64,000 bases of DNA from Flavobacteriales bacterium (lineage in GTDB: Bacteria > Bacteroidota > Bacteroidia > Flavobacteriales > BACL11): the NCBI GenBank assembly GCA_965183885.1, contig OZ238992.1, positions 2,049,548-2,113,547 of the forward strand, given 5' to 3'. Below the pieces are notes generated by a model, which ran no database searches, was not told the origin of the DNA, and saw nothing but the letters and a program-made list of their open reading frames with translations. Made by a program: the position numbers and the translations under genes. Of the stretch, positions 30,014 to 41,396 are shown piece after piece; the first letter of the stretch is position 1; each line of letters begins with the position of its first letter.

Positions 30014-30730
30014 TTATGCACGTACTAAAGTATCTCCTTTAAGTATAGGTATGATATCCGACTTAATTGTAGGTTTTAAACAAAAACGAGTATCTTCTTC
30101 CATATTTAAGGACTTTAATCTTTTCCTGTGTGATGAAGTGCTAAGATAATCAAACAAATTATCTTTAGCATTATTTACAAGTTCAATAGAAGCAAATAAG
30201 GAATCACAACTACTTTCATAATTATTTGTTTCTAACATTAACTTAGATAAACTACCTGCAAAAATTGGGTCTTCAAGGTTAAAGTTCCCTTTCCAACCCG
30301 AACAAAGAATAATAATATCATTATTTTCTTTAGCTAGATAATTAGCAACAGCATTAATATTTAAGTAGGATGCTGTTATTACTTTATGCTCTTTTGCAAT
30401 TTCAATTGCTTTAGTTCCATTAGTTGTAGTTAGCACTAGAGTTTTTCCAGCCACATCAGCATTAATATAATGATATGGTGAGTTTCCAAAATCAAACCCT
30501 TCAATAGGCATAGCATTTCTTTCAGCAGCAACAATATAGCCTTCTTTCCCCTTATACTCTAGAGCTTGTTCCAAAGTTTGCACAGGAATAATAGCTTTAA
30601 CCCCTTGATCAAATGCTGTTGAGATAACAGATGTTGCTCTTAATAAATCTACTACAACTACAGTTGACTTTCCATCAGCAAATAAATGAAATTGATCAGG
30701 AGTAAAACAAACAGATATATTTCTTTTCAT
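30014..30730 (-). CDS. comB: 2-phosphosulfolactate phosphatase family
   Basis: VVVDLLRATSVI, AAERN, FDFGNSP, LTTTNGTKA, LEDPIFAG. Confidence 0.88.
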   Translation of the reverse strand: MKRNISVCFTPDQFHLFADGKSTVVVVDLLRATSVISTAFDQGVKAIIPVQTLEQALEYKGKEGYIVAAERNAMPIEGFDFGNSPYHYINADVAGKTLVLTTTNGTKAIEIAKEHKVITASYLNINAVANYLAKENNDIIILCSGWKGNFNLEDPIFAGSLSKLMLETNNYESSCDSLFASIELVNNAKDNLFDYLSTSSHRKRLKSLNMEEDTRFCLKPTIKSDIIPILKGDTLVRA

Positions 30731-30732
30731 AT

Positions 30733-31806
30733 TTATTTTAAAAAAGGTAAAGCAACAACTTTAGCTTTAAGTTGTTTTTTCCTTACTTGTATTAACACTT
30801 CACTTCCTACCTTTGATGAGTCTTTAGGAACATAGGCCATTGCAATAGCTTTTTCAAGTGTTGGTGACATTGTTCCTGAAGTAACAACACCAACCTCAGT
30901 ACCATCAGCACTAACAATAGGATAATCTTTTCTTGCTATTCCTTTATCAATAAGTTCTAAGCCAACAAGTTTTTTACTAGGTCCTTCTTCTTTCTGTAAT
31001 TTTAAAGCATCAGCGTTAACAAAGTCTTTTGAAAACTTTGTAATCCACCCTAAACCTGCTTCTATAGGAGAAGTTGTATCATTAATATCATTACCATATA
31101 GACAAAATCCTTTTTCTAAACGTAATGTATCTCTTGCTGCTAATCCAATTGGTTTTAATTCAATTGAAGTAGTAAAAAGAGCATCCCAAAGTTGTTTTGC
31201 ATCTTCATTCTTTACATAAAGCTCAAAGCCTATCTCTCCAGTATATCCTGTTCTGGACAATACAACATCTGCTACTCCAGCAATGGTCCCTATCTTAAAA
31301 TTATAATACTTAATATCAAATAAATTTACTGCTGTTAATTCTTGTAATAAATCAATAGCCTTAGGCCCTTGTACTGCAAATAAAGAATAATTATCTGATT
31401 GATTATTAATGGTACACCCAAAAGAGTTATGTTGTTTAATCCAAGCTAAATCCTTTTCCATATTAGAAGCATTAACTACTAATAAGTAATTGTTTTCGTC
31501 TAACATATAAAGTAAAAAATCATCAACAATGCCTCCATCATTATTAGGCAAACAAGTATATTGTACTTTTCCTGGAGTTAATTTAGATACATCATTAGAA
31601 GTAATATATTGTAAAAAGTCTAAGGCTTTATCACCACTTACAAAAACCTCTCCCATATGAGAAACATCAAATACCCCTACAGCTTCTCTAACAGTTTTAT
31701 GTTCTATTTTCACACCTTCATATTGCACAGGCATATAATACCCTGCAAACTCAACCATTTTACCTCCTATATTTTCGTGTAAATCAGATAATACTAACTT
31801 CTTCAT
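30733..31806 (-). CDS. gcvT: Glycine cleavage system aminomethyltransferase T
   Basis: FAGYYMPVQY, FDVSHMGE, SRTGYTGEIGFE, GLAARDTLRLEKG, GTMSPTL. Confidence 0.96.
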   Translation of the reverse strand: MKKLVLSDLHENIGGKMVEFAGYYMPVQYEGVKIEHKTVREAVGVFDVSHMGEVFVSGDKALDFLQYITSNDVSKLTPGKVQYTCLPNNDGGIVDDFLLYMLDENNYLLVVNASNMEKDLAWIKQHNSFGCTINNQSDNYSLFAVQGPKAIDLLQELTAVNLFDIKYYNFKIGTIAGVADVVLSRTGYTGEIGFELYVKNEDAKQLWDALFTTSIELKPIGLAARDTLRLEKGFCLYGNDINDTTSPIEAGLGWITKFSKDFVNADALKLQKEEGPSKKLVGLELIDKGIARKDYPIVSADGTEVGVVTSGTMSPTLEKAIAMAYVPKDSSKVGSEVLIQVRKKQLKAKVVALPFLK

Positions 31807-31909
31807 GCTATATTTATTTTTTGCAAAGGTATTAAATACTCATTCTTTATTGACAATTTACAATTGATATTCGCATATATTTTCTTTATTTGCATAAAAT
31901 GAAAATAAT

Positions 31910-34108
31910 TTGAAAAAACTAGAAAGAAAATTAACATTATCAGCTATAATTGCAATAAGTATTGCGGGAATGTTAGGAGGGATTTTTGTATTACCAGGTA
32001 TTGCTGCTGCAAAAACAGGTTCTTCTATTTGGTTGGCATTTTTATTAGCTGCAATTTGCATACTTCCTGCAGTTTTATCTAAAGCTGAATTAGCAACAGC
32101 AATGCCAGCCTCTGGTGGTGCATATGTATATATTGAAAGAGCTTTAGGACCTTTAATGGGGACTATATCAGGTTTAGGGTTATGGATTTCATTATTATTA
32201 AAAAGCTCATTTGCTTTAGTAGGTATAGGAGCTTATTTACTTGTATTGATTAACATCCCTATTGTGTATGTAAAATACATATCATTAACTTTTTTAGTAT
32301 TGATAATGCTACTCAATATTTTTGGGGTTAAAAAAGTTGGAAAAGTTCAATTGGTAATTGTTAGTTTAAGCTTATTAAGCCTTGTTATTCTTTTATTTTT
32401 AGGTATTCCAGCTGTAGACACTCAGCTTTTATCTCCTTTTATGATTAAAGGAAATATGGGCTTAATAACTACAACTGCTTTTGTATTTGTTGCTTACGCT
32501 GGGGTTACTAAAATTGCTGCTATTGCTGGTGAAGTAAAAAATCCAAGCAAGAATATTCCTTTGGCAATGCTATTTTCACTACTCCTTATTACTGGTATTT
32601 ACATTGCTATCTCTTATGCTTTAGTAGGAAATGTTCCTCTTAGTGAATTAGGTATAGATATAAAACCTATTTATACTCTAGCAGCTGCTTTAGGAGGTAA
32701 AAGTTTTGCATATGGTATAGCAATTATAGGTGTTGTAACACTTATCTCATTAGCGAACTCAGGAATTCTTGCATCTTCAAGATTTCCATTTGCAATGGCT
32801 ATTGACAAATTATTACCTACTAACCTTGCAAGGGTACATCAAAAACACCTTACTCCTATTAATACTATTTTAATTACATGCCTTTTAATGGCACTAGTTA
32901 TATTGTTTTTAGATGTTGAAAAGATTGCTAAACTTGCTAGTGCTTTTAAAGTTAGTATGTTTATTATGGTAAACCTATGTGTAATAGTCTTAAGAGAAAC
33001 AGCAGTACAATGGTACCAGCCTTCTTACAAATCTCCACTATACCCTTATGTTCAACTTTTTGGAATTTTAAGTGGATTAGTTCTGTTATTTTATTTAGGG
33101 TTAATGCCTATCCTTTCTATTTTATTTATAGTACTTATTGGTTGTATTGTTTACTTTTCATACGGTATTAACGCCTCACGTACTGGAGTATTAAAAAGAT
33201 ATGGACATATGCCTGCTTTATACTTATTGTTCAGAAAAAAAAGAAACTATTTACGCTTAAAAGAACTAGAAGATAAAGAAAGAAAAGAGTTAGTAGATAT
33301 TAATATTGATAAAGATACTGGGGTAATAGTTCCTTTATTAGGAAATGAAATTTCCCCTTCCACCTTAATTGAATTAGGAGCTTCTTTAAACTCAAAGGAG
33401 AAAATACAGACTATAAATATTACTGAAGTTCCTGATCAAACCTCTTTAGATGCTTTTAAAGAAAAGAAACCTAAAACAAAATCTTTAGAACGAACAGTTA
33501 ATAAGTTAAGTAAACGTATAAACCTAACAATTAATTTTGAAGCTATTGCTACACATAAGTTATCTGATACTATGCAGGCTTTAAGTGAAATTACAAATAT
33601 TGATTGGTTAGTACTAGGTTGGAATGGAAGGGCTTATAATGGTATATTTTTTAACAACCCTATTGGTTGGATAGTAAGCCATATCAACTCTAATTTTGCT
33701 CTTTTTAAATGTAATGGTTTAATGCATTTCAATACTGTTTTATTAGCGATACGACCTAGCAGTAGAGATGCTGTTAAACTTATTGAAACAACTAATAAAT
33801 TATGTAAGTATTATAATGCTCAGTTTACTCTATTGCATGTAGTAAGTGAAAACACTTCTAAAGAAGAATTACAAGCTATAAAGAAAAATGCTGAAAAGCA
33901 ACTGAAAGATACTAATGGAAATCTTCAAATTATTCAATCGAACCACCCTATTGATACTGTTTCTAACTTGACAGCTGAGCATGACTTACTAGTATTAGGA
34001 ACTCCTAAGAAAGACTCTTGGAAAACAATTTTATTTGGTACAGGGAAAGATAAGTTTGCTGTTAGCTCAGCATGTTCAGTACTAAGGCTTACAATTAAAA
34101 ATGATTAA
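31910..34108 (+). CDS. APC-family amino acid permease fused to C-terminal USP-like domains
   Basis: GGIFVLPG, AELATAMP.SGG.Y, FVAYAG.TKIA..AGEVKNP, SSRFPFAM, YKSPLYP; soluble C-terminus ending ACSVLRL; TTG start. Confidence 0.85.
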   Translation: MKKLERKLTLSAIIAISIAGMLGGIFVLPGIAAAKTGSSIWLAFLLAAICILPAVLSKAELATAMPASGGAYVYIERALGPLMGTISGLGLWISLLLKSSFALVGIGAYLLVLINIPIVYVKYISLTFLVLIMLLNIFGVKKVGKVQLVIVSLSLLSLVILLFLGIPAVDTQLLSPFMIKGNMGLITTTAFVFVAYAGVTKIAAIAGEVKNPSKNIPLAMLFSLLLITGIYIAISYALVGNVPLSELGIDIKPIYTLAAALGGKSFAYGIAIIGVVTLISLANSGILASSRFPFAMAIDKLLPTNLARVHQKHLTPINTILITCLLMALVILFLDVEKIAKLASAFKVSMFIMVNLCVIVLRETAVQWYQPSYKSPLYPYVQLFGILSGLVLLFYLGLMPILSILFIVLIGCIVYFSYGINASRTGVLKRYGHMPALYLLFRKKRNYLRLKELEDKERKELVDINIDKDTGVIVPLLGNEISPSTLIELGASLNSKEKIQTINITEVPDQTSLDAFKEKKPKTKSLERTVNKLSKRINLTINFEAIATHKLSDTMQALSEITNIDWLVLGWNGRAYNGIFFNNPIGWIVSHINSNFALFKCNGLMHFNTVLLAIRPSSRDAVKLIETTNKLCKYYNAQFTLLHVVSENTSKEELQAIKKNAEKQLKDTNGNLQIIQSNHPIDTVSNLTAEHDLLVLGTPKKDSWKTILFGTGKDKFAVSSACSVLRLTIKND

Positions 34109-34797
34109 TTCTTAATAAGAATCTTTTTAGGTGTAATTTTATGAATGATTAGGATATGTACAAGCATAATTAGCTCTAAGAAAATTATATAAATAGGCCA
34201 TTCACCAATTAAGAATGGGTTATCAACTATAGGTCTTGCTTTTAAATACATATAGTTAGAGTTAATGATAAAATTAAAAGGTAAAACTAATACCACAGCA
34301 ATTTGTACTCTTAGAAACGTTTTTTTCCATGCATCTATTCTAGTTCTAAAACCCATAATATAGGTAAGGTATAGTGGTACAAAAATTAAGCCAGCATGTA
34401 CAAAATAATAATCAAATAAATACCAATTGCTTAATCCCATAGTTAACTCTGGTGTAAGCATAGAGTGTAACCCTGATGGTATTGCTAAATAGAGGGTCCA
34501 CTCATACATCCACTGCTTTTTAGTCCATAATACTATTATGCTAATTATAAAAGAAATTCTACAAAGATGAAGCGGTAAATTATCTTGTATGTTCCAACTT
34601 CCAGATATTATAGCAGTAGCAGTAGTAACTAAAAACACTATAATAAAAGAAATGCTAAGGATTTTTGAGAATTTATTTCTTACTACTGCTGAAGTATTCT
34701 TAAGAACTAATAGTAGTAAGATTATTGATATAACTGACCCAATTATACCCATCCACCATATTCTTGATAAAGGCTCTATTATAACATGTGCATCCAT
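34105..34797 (-). CDS. YwaF / TIGR02206-type membrane protein
   Basis: NLPLHLCRI, TPEL, YFVHAG, NSNYMYL..RP..NPF.IGEWP.Y. Confidence 0.8.
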   Translation of the reverse strand: MDAHVIIEPLSRIWWMGIIGSVISIILLLLVLKNTSAVVRNKFSKILSISFIIVFLVTTATAIISGSWNIQDNLPLHLCRISFIISIIVLWTKKQWMYEWTLYLAIPSGLHSMLTPELTMGLSNWYLFDYYFVHAGLIFVPLYLTYIMGFRTRIDAWKKTFLRVQIAVVLVLPFNFIINSNYMYLKARPIVDNPFLIGEWPIYIIFLELIMLVHILIIHKITPKKILIKN

Positions 34798-35052
34798 AAA
34801 ATTATTTTTTTGCTAATATAGTATAATTAACTAAAGGTAAATTTTAGATAATTTGCATATCCGTTCTACAATACTTTTTTAGAAAAAAATTACAATAAGG
34901 TTTTAATTATAAAGACTATCAAAACACAATTATTAAACTTTAGAGTTATATTATATTTGAAATTTGAGAAAAAATAGTTTGAAAAAAACGTTTTTAAAAT
35001 ACTAGTTTCATACTTATATCGTTGTATGTTTGCATAAATTAAATTTTTATAA

Positions 35053-37398
35053 ATGAAAAAGCACCTTCTAACTCTAGTAATAGCACTAATAAGTATTACT
35101 AGTTTTTCACAAAATAAATATACCATAAGTGGTTATGTTCAGGACTCAGAATCAGGTGAAAACCTTATAGGAGTATCTATTTACGAAAAAGAAAACTTTA
35201 AAGGTACAAGTACCAATAATTATGGTTTTTATTCTTTAACACTTGAAGAGGGAGACTATACTTTTGTTTATTCTTTTATTGGTATGGATGAGCAAGAATT
35301 TAAGATATCCTTAAACAAAAATATTAAACAAAATATTTCTTTAGGAACTAAAAGCATATTTACTCAAGAGGTAGAAGTAAGTGCTGAACGTAAAAGAAAT
35401 ATTGAAACTACAAATGTAAGTCAAGTTAGGCTTGATGTACAAAAAGTAAAACAAATGCCTGCACTTATGGGTGAGGTTGATATTTTAAAAACAATCCAAT
35501 TACTTCCTGGGGTACAATCTGGTGGAGAAGGAAATTCAGGTTTTTATGTAAGAGGTGGTGGTCCTGACCAAAACCTTATTTTATTAGATGGAGCAACAGT
35601 TTACAATGCCTCTCACCTATTTGGTTTCTTCTCTGTATTTAATGCTGATGCGATTAAAGATATTAATTTAATAAAAGGTGGAATGCCTGCACAGTATGGA
35701 GGTAGATTAGCTTCTGTGCTAGATATTAGTATGAAGGAAGGAAATAATCAAAAATTTGGTGGTGAAGGTGGTATTGGGATTATTTCCTCTCGTCTTACTT
35801 TAGAAGGGCCTATTGTTAAAAACAAATCTTCTTTTATTATCTCTGGTAGACGTACTTATGCTGATTTATTAGCAAAGCCTTTTTTATCTGAAAGTGCAAA
35901 AAATAACGGTTACTACTTTTATGATTTAACAGCTAAAGCAAACTATACCTTATCAGATAAGGATAGATTCTATTTAAGTGGTTATTTTGGAAATGATATT
36001 GTAAGTTTTGCTGCGCCTTCAGGTAATTTCAATATTGATATTCCTTGGGGTAATACTACTGCTGCCGCTAGATGGAATCATTTATTTACAGATAAATTAT
36101 TCTTAAATACTTCTTTAATTTATAGCGACTATTCATTTGAAATGGGAGCAAATATGCAAGATTTTGAGTTTAAACTATCTTCTCAGGTTGAGGATTGGAA
36201 CACAAAATTAGACTTCACTTATTTACCTAATCAACGACATAATATTAAATTTGGAGCACAATATATTTACCATGCTTTTATGCCTGCAAGTGTTAGTGGA
36301 GGCTCAGGAGGTATAGACTTCGCCCCTGACAAAATTTTTAGACAATACTCTAATGAGGCATCTTTATATTTTGCTGATGACTTTGAGTTAAGTGATGATA
36401 TTAAAATTAACTATGGAGGGCGTTATACTGCCTTTACTCATGCTGGAGATATTACTTTCAGAGCAATGTTAGCTAATGAGTTTGAACAAAATAAAGACAA
36501 TCAATACCGTAATTTTGAACCTAGAATTTCTACGCGTTATCGTTTAGACTATACTTCTTCTGTTAAGGCTTCATTTAGTAAAAACTACCAATATATACAC
36601 TTAGCTTCTATAGGGGGAATGTCTATGCCAACTGATTTATGGTTACCTTCATCTACAAAATTAAAACCAACTGAAGGGGTACAATATACTTTAGGTTATT
36701 TTAAAAACTTAAAGAATAATATGTTTGAAACCTCAATTGAAGCATATTATAAGGATATGAAAAATTTAATTGAATACAAAGAAGGTTCTGTTCCTGAAGA
36801 CAATGCAAATGGAAGGCAAGATGATGCCTTAACTCTTGGAGATGGAAATTCTTACGGAATTGAATTATTCTTTAAAAAATCATTAGGAAAAACAACAGGT
36901 TGGATTGGGTATACACATTCATATACTAATCGTGTTTTCCCAGAAATAAATAATGGAAAAGAATTTGCTGCAAAATACGATAGAAGACATGATTTGTCAG
37001 TAGTAATTAATCATGATATTTCAAAACATTGGACAGCTTCTTTAGTGTTTGTTTATGCAACAGGTTCTGCTCTTACTATTCCTACTGAACGTTTTATTAT
37101 TAATGGAAATATTTACACAGAGTATTCAGGTAAAAATGAATATAGAATGGACCCTTACCATAGAGCTGATATTTCTTTTAATTACACTAAAAATCCTGAT
37201 AAAAAATACCATTCAACTTGGAATTTCTCAGTGTACAATGTTTACAATCGTAAGAATCCTTACTTTATATATCTTGATATAGAAGATACTTCGGCTGATG
37301 GTAGTGGTGGCTTAACTACTGGTGGTTTACAATCAAAAGCATATCAAACTTCTTTATTCCCAATCTTACCTTCTGTAAGTTGGAACTTTAAATTTTAA
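35053..37398 (+). CDS. TonB-dependent receptor
   Basis: N-terminal CarboxypepD_reg-like domain, plug GEVDILKTIQLLPGVQ...VRGGGPDQNLILLDG, C-terminal LPSVSWNFKF. Confidence 0.93.
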   Translation: MKKHLLTLVIALISITSFSQNKYTISGYVQDSESGENLIGVSIYEKENFKGTSTNNYGFYSLTLEEGDYTFVYSFIGMDEQEFKISLNKNIKQNISLGTKSIFTQEVEVSAERKRNIETTNVSQVRLDVQKVKQMPALMGEVDILKTIQLLPGVQSGGEGNSGFYVRGGGPDQNLILLDGATVYNASHLFGFFSVFNADAIKDINLIKGGMPAQYGGRLASVLDISMKEGNNQKFGGEGGIGIISSRLTLEGPIVKNKSSFIISGRRTYADLLAKPFLSESAKNNGYYFYDLTAKANYTLSDKDRFYLSGYFGNDIVSFAAPSGNFNIDIPWGNTTAAARWNHLFTDKLFLNTSLIYSDYSFEMGANMQDFEFKLSSQVEDWNTKLDFTYLPNQRHNIKFGAQYIYHAFMPASVSGGSGGIDFAPDKIFRQYSNEASLYFADDFELSDDIKINYGGRYTAFTHAGDITFRAMLANEFEQNKDNQYRNFEPRISTRYRLDYTSSVKASFSKNYQYIHLASIGGMSMPTDLWLPSSTKLKPTEGVQYTLGYFKNLKNNMFETSIEAYYKDMKNLIEYKEGSVPEDNANGRQDDALTLGDGNSYGIELFFKKSLGKTTGWIGYTHSYTNRVFPEINNGKEFAAKYDRRHDLSVVINHDISKHWTASLVFVYATGSALTIPTERFIINGNIYTEYSGKNEYRMDPYHRADISFNYTKNPDKKYHSTWNFSVYNVYNRKNPYFIYLDIEDTSADGSGGLTTGGLQSKAYQTSLFPILPSVSWNFKF

Positions 37399-37402
37399 TC
37401 CT

Positions 37403-38419
37403 ATGAAAAATAATATAATTTACTTCTTAGTTACTAGTTTATTCTTAATCTCTTGTGAAGAAGAAATTACGCTAGAATTACCCGATACTAAAGCAAAAGT
37501 TATTGTTGAAGGCTACATACAACCTAACTACCCTATTGTAGTTCAACTTACTTCATCTAAAGGCTATTTTGATCCTATTACAGAAAATGAACTACTAGAT
37601 GTTTTCTTATCTGATGTAACAGACATTAAAGTAATAAGAAAGAGTGATAAAACAGAGAGGTTACTAACCTTTGTACAATTAGATTCCCTAGGTCAGGTTG
37701 GTGTGTATTCTGATCTTGAATCTTTTAGTGCTGACTTTGCTCAATTTGGAGAGCGTTACACCTTAGAAATAGTATATAATGGTGATACCATTAGATCAAC
37801 TACTAATATCCCTTTTATTGAAACTGAAGAAGAACCAATTGTAGATAGTCTTTGGTTTGTTGAAGATGAAGAATTTCCTGGTTATGGTGATTTTTATATG
37901 TCCTATAATGATAATGACACTATGGGGAATAATATTATGATTGAATCAAAAAGAATACTTTCTCCTCTAGGAGCAGAAGACCCTAATTTTGTAAAAGCAT
38001 TATGGGCTCCTGTTCGTAACGATTTTGAAGGGTTTAATGGAGTTAAGCATTTTGAAACCCTTTTTGAAAGAGGAGAAGGTTCTGCAATATTTGCAGACCA
38101 AGATAGAGGAAACAAAGACGCTGAAACTGGAAACTTTAATATGAGTCAAATTGATTCCTTAGGAAAGGAAATTCCTGCTGATGAAGTTATTATAAGGTTG
38201 AGCCAAATAGATGAGAAATCTTTCAAATTTTGGAGAAGTACTGACCTACAAGAACAAATGAGTGGGAACCCTTTTGGTGAACCTATGAACCTAGAATCTA
38301 ATATAACTAATGGTTTGGGAATATGGGAAGGAAAAGGAGCTGTTTATTTTAAGGTAGTTGCGAAAAAAGATACTATTTTTACCGAGCGTTATACGCCAAA
38401 CATATTTGAAGCATTTTAA
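37403..38419 (+). CDS. DUF4249 family lipoprotein
   Basis: Lipobox LISC-EEEI, VIVEGYI, SNITNGLGIW; follows a TonB receptor. Confidence 0.85.
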   Translation: MKNNIIYFLVTSLFLISCEEEITLELPDTKAKVIVEGYIQPNYPIVVQLTSSKGYFDPITENELLDVFLSDVTDIKVIRKSDKTERLLTFVQLDSLGQVGVYSDLESFSADFAQFGERYTLEIVYNGDTIRSTTNIPFIETEEEPIVDSLWFVEDEEFPGYGDFYMSYNDNDTMGNNIMIESKRILSPLGAEDPNFVKALWAPVRNDFEGFNGVKHFETLFERGEGSAIFADQDRGNKDAETGNFNMSQIDSLGKEIPADEVIIRLSQIDEKSFKFWRSTDLQEQMSGNPFGEPMNLESNITNGLGIWEGKGAVYFKVVAKKDTIFTERYTPNIFEAF

Positions 38420-38434
38420 TATAAAAGAAGAACA

Positions 38435-39382
38435 ATGACACAAGAAGTAGAAAAAATTGAAGTACTTATTATTGGATCAGGACCTGCTGGATATACAGCT
38501 GCAATTTATGCTGCAAGAGCAGATATGAATCCTGTAGTTATACAAGGTTTACAACCAGGAGGACAATTAACTACTACTACTGAAGTAGATAATTTCCCAG
38601 GATACAAAGATGGTATTACTGGACCTGAAATGATGGAAGACTTAAAAGCGCAAGCAGAGCGATTTGGCACCGACACAAGATGGGGAATGGTAACTAAAGT
38701 AGATTTCTCAGAAAGACCATTTAAAGTAGAAATTGACGAAACATCTAATGTTTTAGCTGAAACAGTAATTATTGCTACAGGAGCTTCAGCAAAATGGTTA
38801 GGAATGGAAGATGAAAAAAGACTAAATGGTTATGGTGTTTCAGCTTGTGCTACTTGTGATGGATTCTTTTACAAAGGACAAGATGTAATTGTAGTTGGAG
38901 CTGGGGATACAGCAGCTGAAGAAGCTACTTACCTAGCAAAGATGTGTAATAAGGTTACTATGGTTGTGCGTAGAGATGAAATGAGAGCTTCAAAAGCTAT
39001 GCAGAAAAGAGTATTTAATACACCAAACCTTGAAGTATTGTTTAACCATGAAACTAAAAGTATTAATGGTGAGGCGGGTAAAAAAGGTGTTGAATCTGTA
39101 ACCGTATTTAATAACAAAACTAATGAAGAAACAACTATAGCAGCAACAGGTTTCTTTGTAGCTATTGGACATAAACCAAATACTGATTTATTTAAAGGGC
39201 AATTAGCTATGGATGAGGCTGGATATTTAGAAGTAATCCCTGGAACTTCAAAAACTAAAATTGATGGTGTATATGCAGCTGGAGATGTCGCAGACCATGT
39301 TTACAGGCAAGCTGTTACTTCTGCTGGTACAGGATGTATGGCAGCTTTAGATGCTGAACGCTTCTTAGCAGATCAAGAATAA
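38435..39382 (+). CDS. trxB: Thioredoxin reductase
   Basis: IIGSGPAGYTAAIY, GGQLTTTTEVDNFPG, CATCDG, VGAGDTAAEEA, AAGDV.D..YRQA. Confidence 0.97.
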   Translation: MTQEVEKIEVLIIGSGPAGYTAAIYAARADMNPVVIQGLQPGGQLTTTTEVDNFPGYKDGITGPEMMEDLKAQAERFGTDTRWGMVTKVDFSERPFKVEIDETSNVLAETVIIATGASAKWLGMEDEKRLNGYGVSACATCDGFFYKGQDVIVVGAGDTAAEEATYLAKMCNKVTMVVRRDEMRASKAMQKRVFNTPNLEVLFNHETKSINGEAGKKGVESVTVFNNKTNEETTIAATGFFVAIGHKPNTDLFKGQLAMDEAGYLEVIPGTSKTKIDGVYAAGDVADHVYRQAVTSAGTGCMAALDAERFLADQE

Positions 39383-39405
39383 AAAAACTAACAATATTTT
39401 ATTTT

Positions 39406-39437
39406 AAAAGACCACTGCTATCAGTGGTCTTTTTTAT
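39406..39437 (+). terminator. Intrinsic terminator after trxB
   Basis: AAAAGACCACTG-CTAT-CAGTGGTCTTTTTTA. Confidence 0.85.
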
Positions 39438-39465
39438 TAGTTTAATTTTTGTACCTTCGTAAAGC

Positions 39466-41370
39466 ATGAAAGCTATTGATGTATTAATAAAATATTGGGG
39501 ACACACTAACTTCCGGTTAAAGCAAGAAGAAATTATCAATCAAGTAATTGATAAAAAAGATACTCTTGCTCTTTTACCTACTGGTGGTGGAAAATCAATC
39601 TGTTTTCAAGTTCCTGCCCTAATGCAAGAAGGTATTTGCTTAGTGGTATCCCCTCTTATTGCTTTAATGGATGATCAAGTTCGTTTCCTAAAATCAAAAG
39701 GAATTAAGTCTGTTGCTATTACCTCTAATATGCATTATAGCGAAATTGACACAGCGCTTACCAATTGTATCTATGGAGGGGTTAAATTCTTATACCTTTC
39801 TCCTGAGCGCTTACAAAATGAATTGGTACAACAACGTATTAATGAGATGAACATTAACCTCATTACTGTTGATGAAGCACATTGCATATCAGAATGGGGA
39901 CATAATTTTAGGCCTGCCTACAGGCATATTTCGGAATTAAGAACCCTACTTCCAGATATACCAATATTAGCCCTTACAGCAACTGCTACTACTACTGTTA
40001 TTAATGACATTCAGGATAATTTAGAATTTAAAGAACATAACCTTATTCAATCTTCATTTGTAAGAGAAAACATATCTTATGTTGTTGATAAAGTAGAAGA
40101 TAAAAAAGCAAGATTACTAAAGCTAGTTGAAAAAATTAAAAGTTCAGTAATTGTTTATGTTGGTAGCCGACAAGCAGCTAAAGAAATTACAAGTTTCTTA
40201 ATTCAGAATCATTATTCAGCAAATTATTACCACGGAGGGTTACCAACTAAGACTAGAACTTTAAGGCAAGAAAGCTGGACTAAGAATCAAACCCGAATAA
40301 TGGTAGCAACTAATGCTTTTGGGATGGGAATAGATAAAGCTGATGTAAAACTAGTTGTACATATGGAGTTACCCTCTACTATTGAGGCTTACTTTCAGGA
40401 AGCAGGTAGAGCAGGAAGAGATGGAAAACAAGCCTATGCTTTTTTACTTGCAAATAATAAGGATGTAAAAAAACAGAAAGACCTATTAGAATTAAGATAC
40501 CCTTCCGTTGAAGCAATTAAAGAATGTTATCAAAACATAGCTAATTATTTACAAATTGCCGCTCATACAATTATTGAAGAACCTATAACCTTTGATATAG
40601 TAGCTTTTAGTGAACGCTATAAATTTAGTACTTTAAAAACCTACAATATATTAAAGTATTTGGAAAAAGAAGAACTATTAAAGCTTACAGAGGCTATGCA
40701 TACTCCTTCAAAGTTAATAATGAATGTAAATAATAATGAATTATATAAATTTCAGATAGCAAATAAATATTATGATAACTTTATTAAGTTATTATTACGA
40801 TCCTATAGCAATCTGTTTAACAACTACACCACTATAAATGAAGAGCAAATTGCTATAAGGTTTAAAACTAATATTAGCGAAGTAAAAAGACTACTAAATA
40901 GATTGGTTCAGCTTGAGATAATAAAATACATTCCAAAAAATAACAACCCTCAAATTACTTTTATAAAAGAAAGACAGGATGCTGATTACCTAGATCTTAA
41001 TATAAAAAAATGGAACGATAGAAAAGCTTATGAAGAACATAAACTAGATAAAATAACTAATTATGTTAATGAAACTGCAATATGCAGAAGTAAGCTATTA
41101 TTAAATTATTTTGGAGAAACTAATAGTGACAATTGCAATAAATGTGATTATTGCGTAAAAGAAAAAAGAAGAAAAATTAAAGAAGCTGAGTTTCAAAAAA
41201 TAAGTTCTAGAATTGAATCTGTTTTAATAAATACTGAACTTGAACTAGAGGAAATTTGCACTTTACTACCTACTATTCCACATCAACAACTTATAGATGT
41301 ACTACAGTACCTTTTTGATAATGATAAAGTTGGTAAGTTTGGGAATAAATATCAATGGAAAAGTATTTAG
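39466..41370 (+). CDS. recQ: RecQ family ATP-dependent DNA helicase
   Basis: LPTGGGKS, VDEAHCISEWGHNFRP, LALTATA, ATNAFGMGIDK, QEAGRAGRDG, CRSKLLLNYFGE...CNKCDYC. Confidence 0.92.
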   Translation: MKAIDVLIKYWGHTNFRLKQEEIINQVIDKKDTLALLPTGGGKSICFQVPALMQEGICLVVSPLIALMDDQVRFLKSKGIKSVAITSNMHYSEIDTALTNCIYGGVKFLYLSPERLQNELVQQRINEMNINLITVDEAHCISEWGHNFRPAYRHISELRTLLPDIPILALTATATTTVINDIQDNLEFKEHNLIQSSFVRENISYVVDKVEDKKARLLKLVEKIKSSVIVYVGSRQAAKEITSFLIQNHYSANYYHGGLPTKTRTLRQESWTKNQTRIMVATNAFGMGIDKADVKLVVHMELPSTIEAYFQEAGRAGRDGKQAYAFLLANNKDVKKQKDLLELRYPSVEAIKECYQNIANYLQIAAHTIIEEPITFDIVAFSERYKFSTLKTYNILKYLEKEELLKLTEAMHTPSKLIMNVNNNELYKFQIANKYYDNFIKLLLRSYSNLFNNYTTINEEQIAIRFKTNISEVKRLLNRLVQLEIIKYIPKNNNPQITFIKERQDADYLDLNIKKWNDRKAYEEHKLDKITNYVNETAICRSKLLLNYFGETNSDNCNKCDYCVKEKRRKIKEAEFQKISSRIESVLINTELELEEICTLLPTIPHQQLIDVLQYLFDNDKVGKFGNKYQWKSI

Positions 41371-41396
41371 TAATTCCTAAACTGTAATTTTGTAGT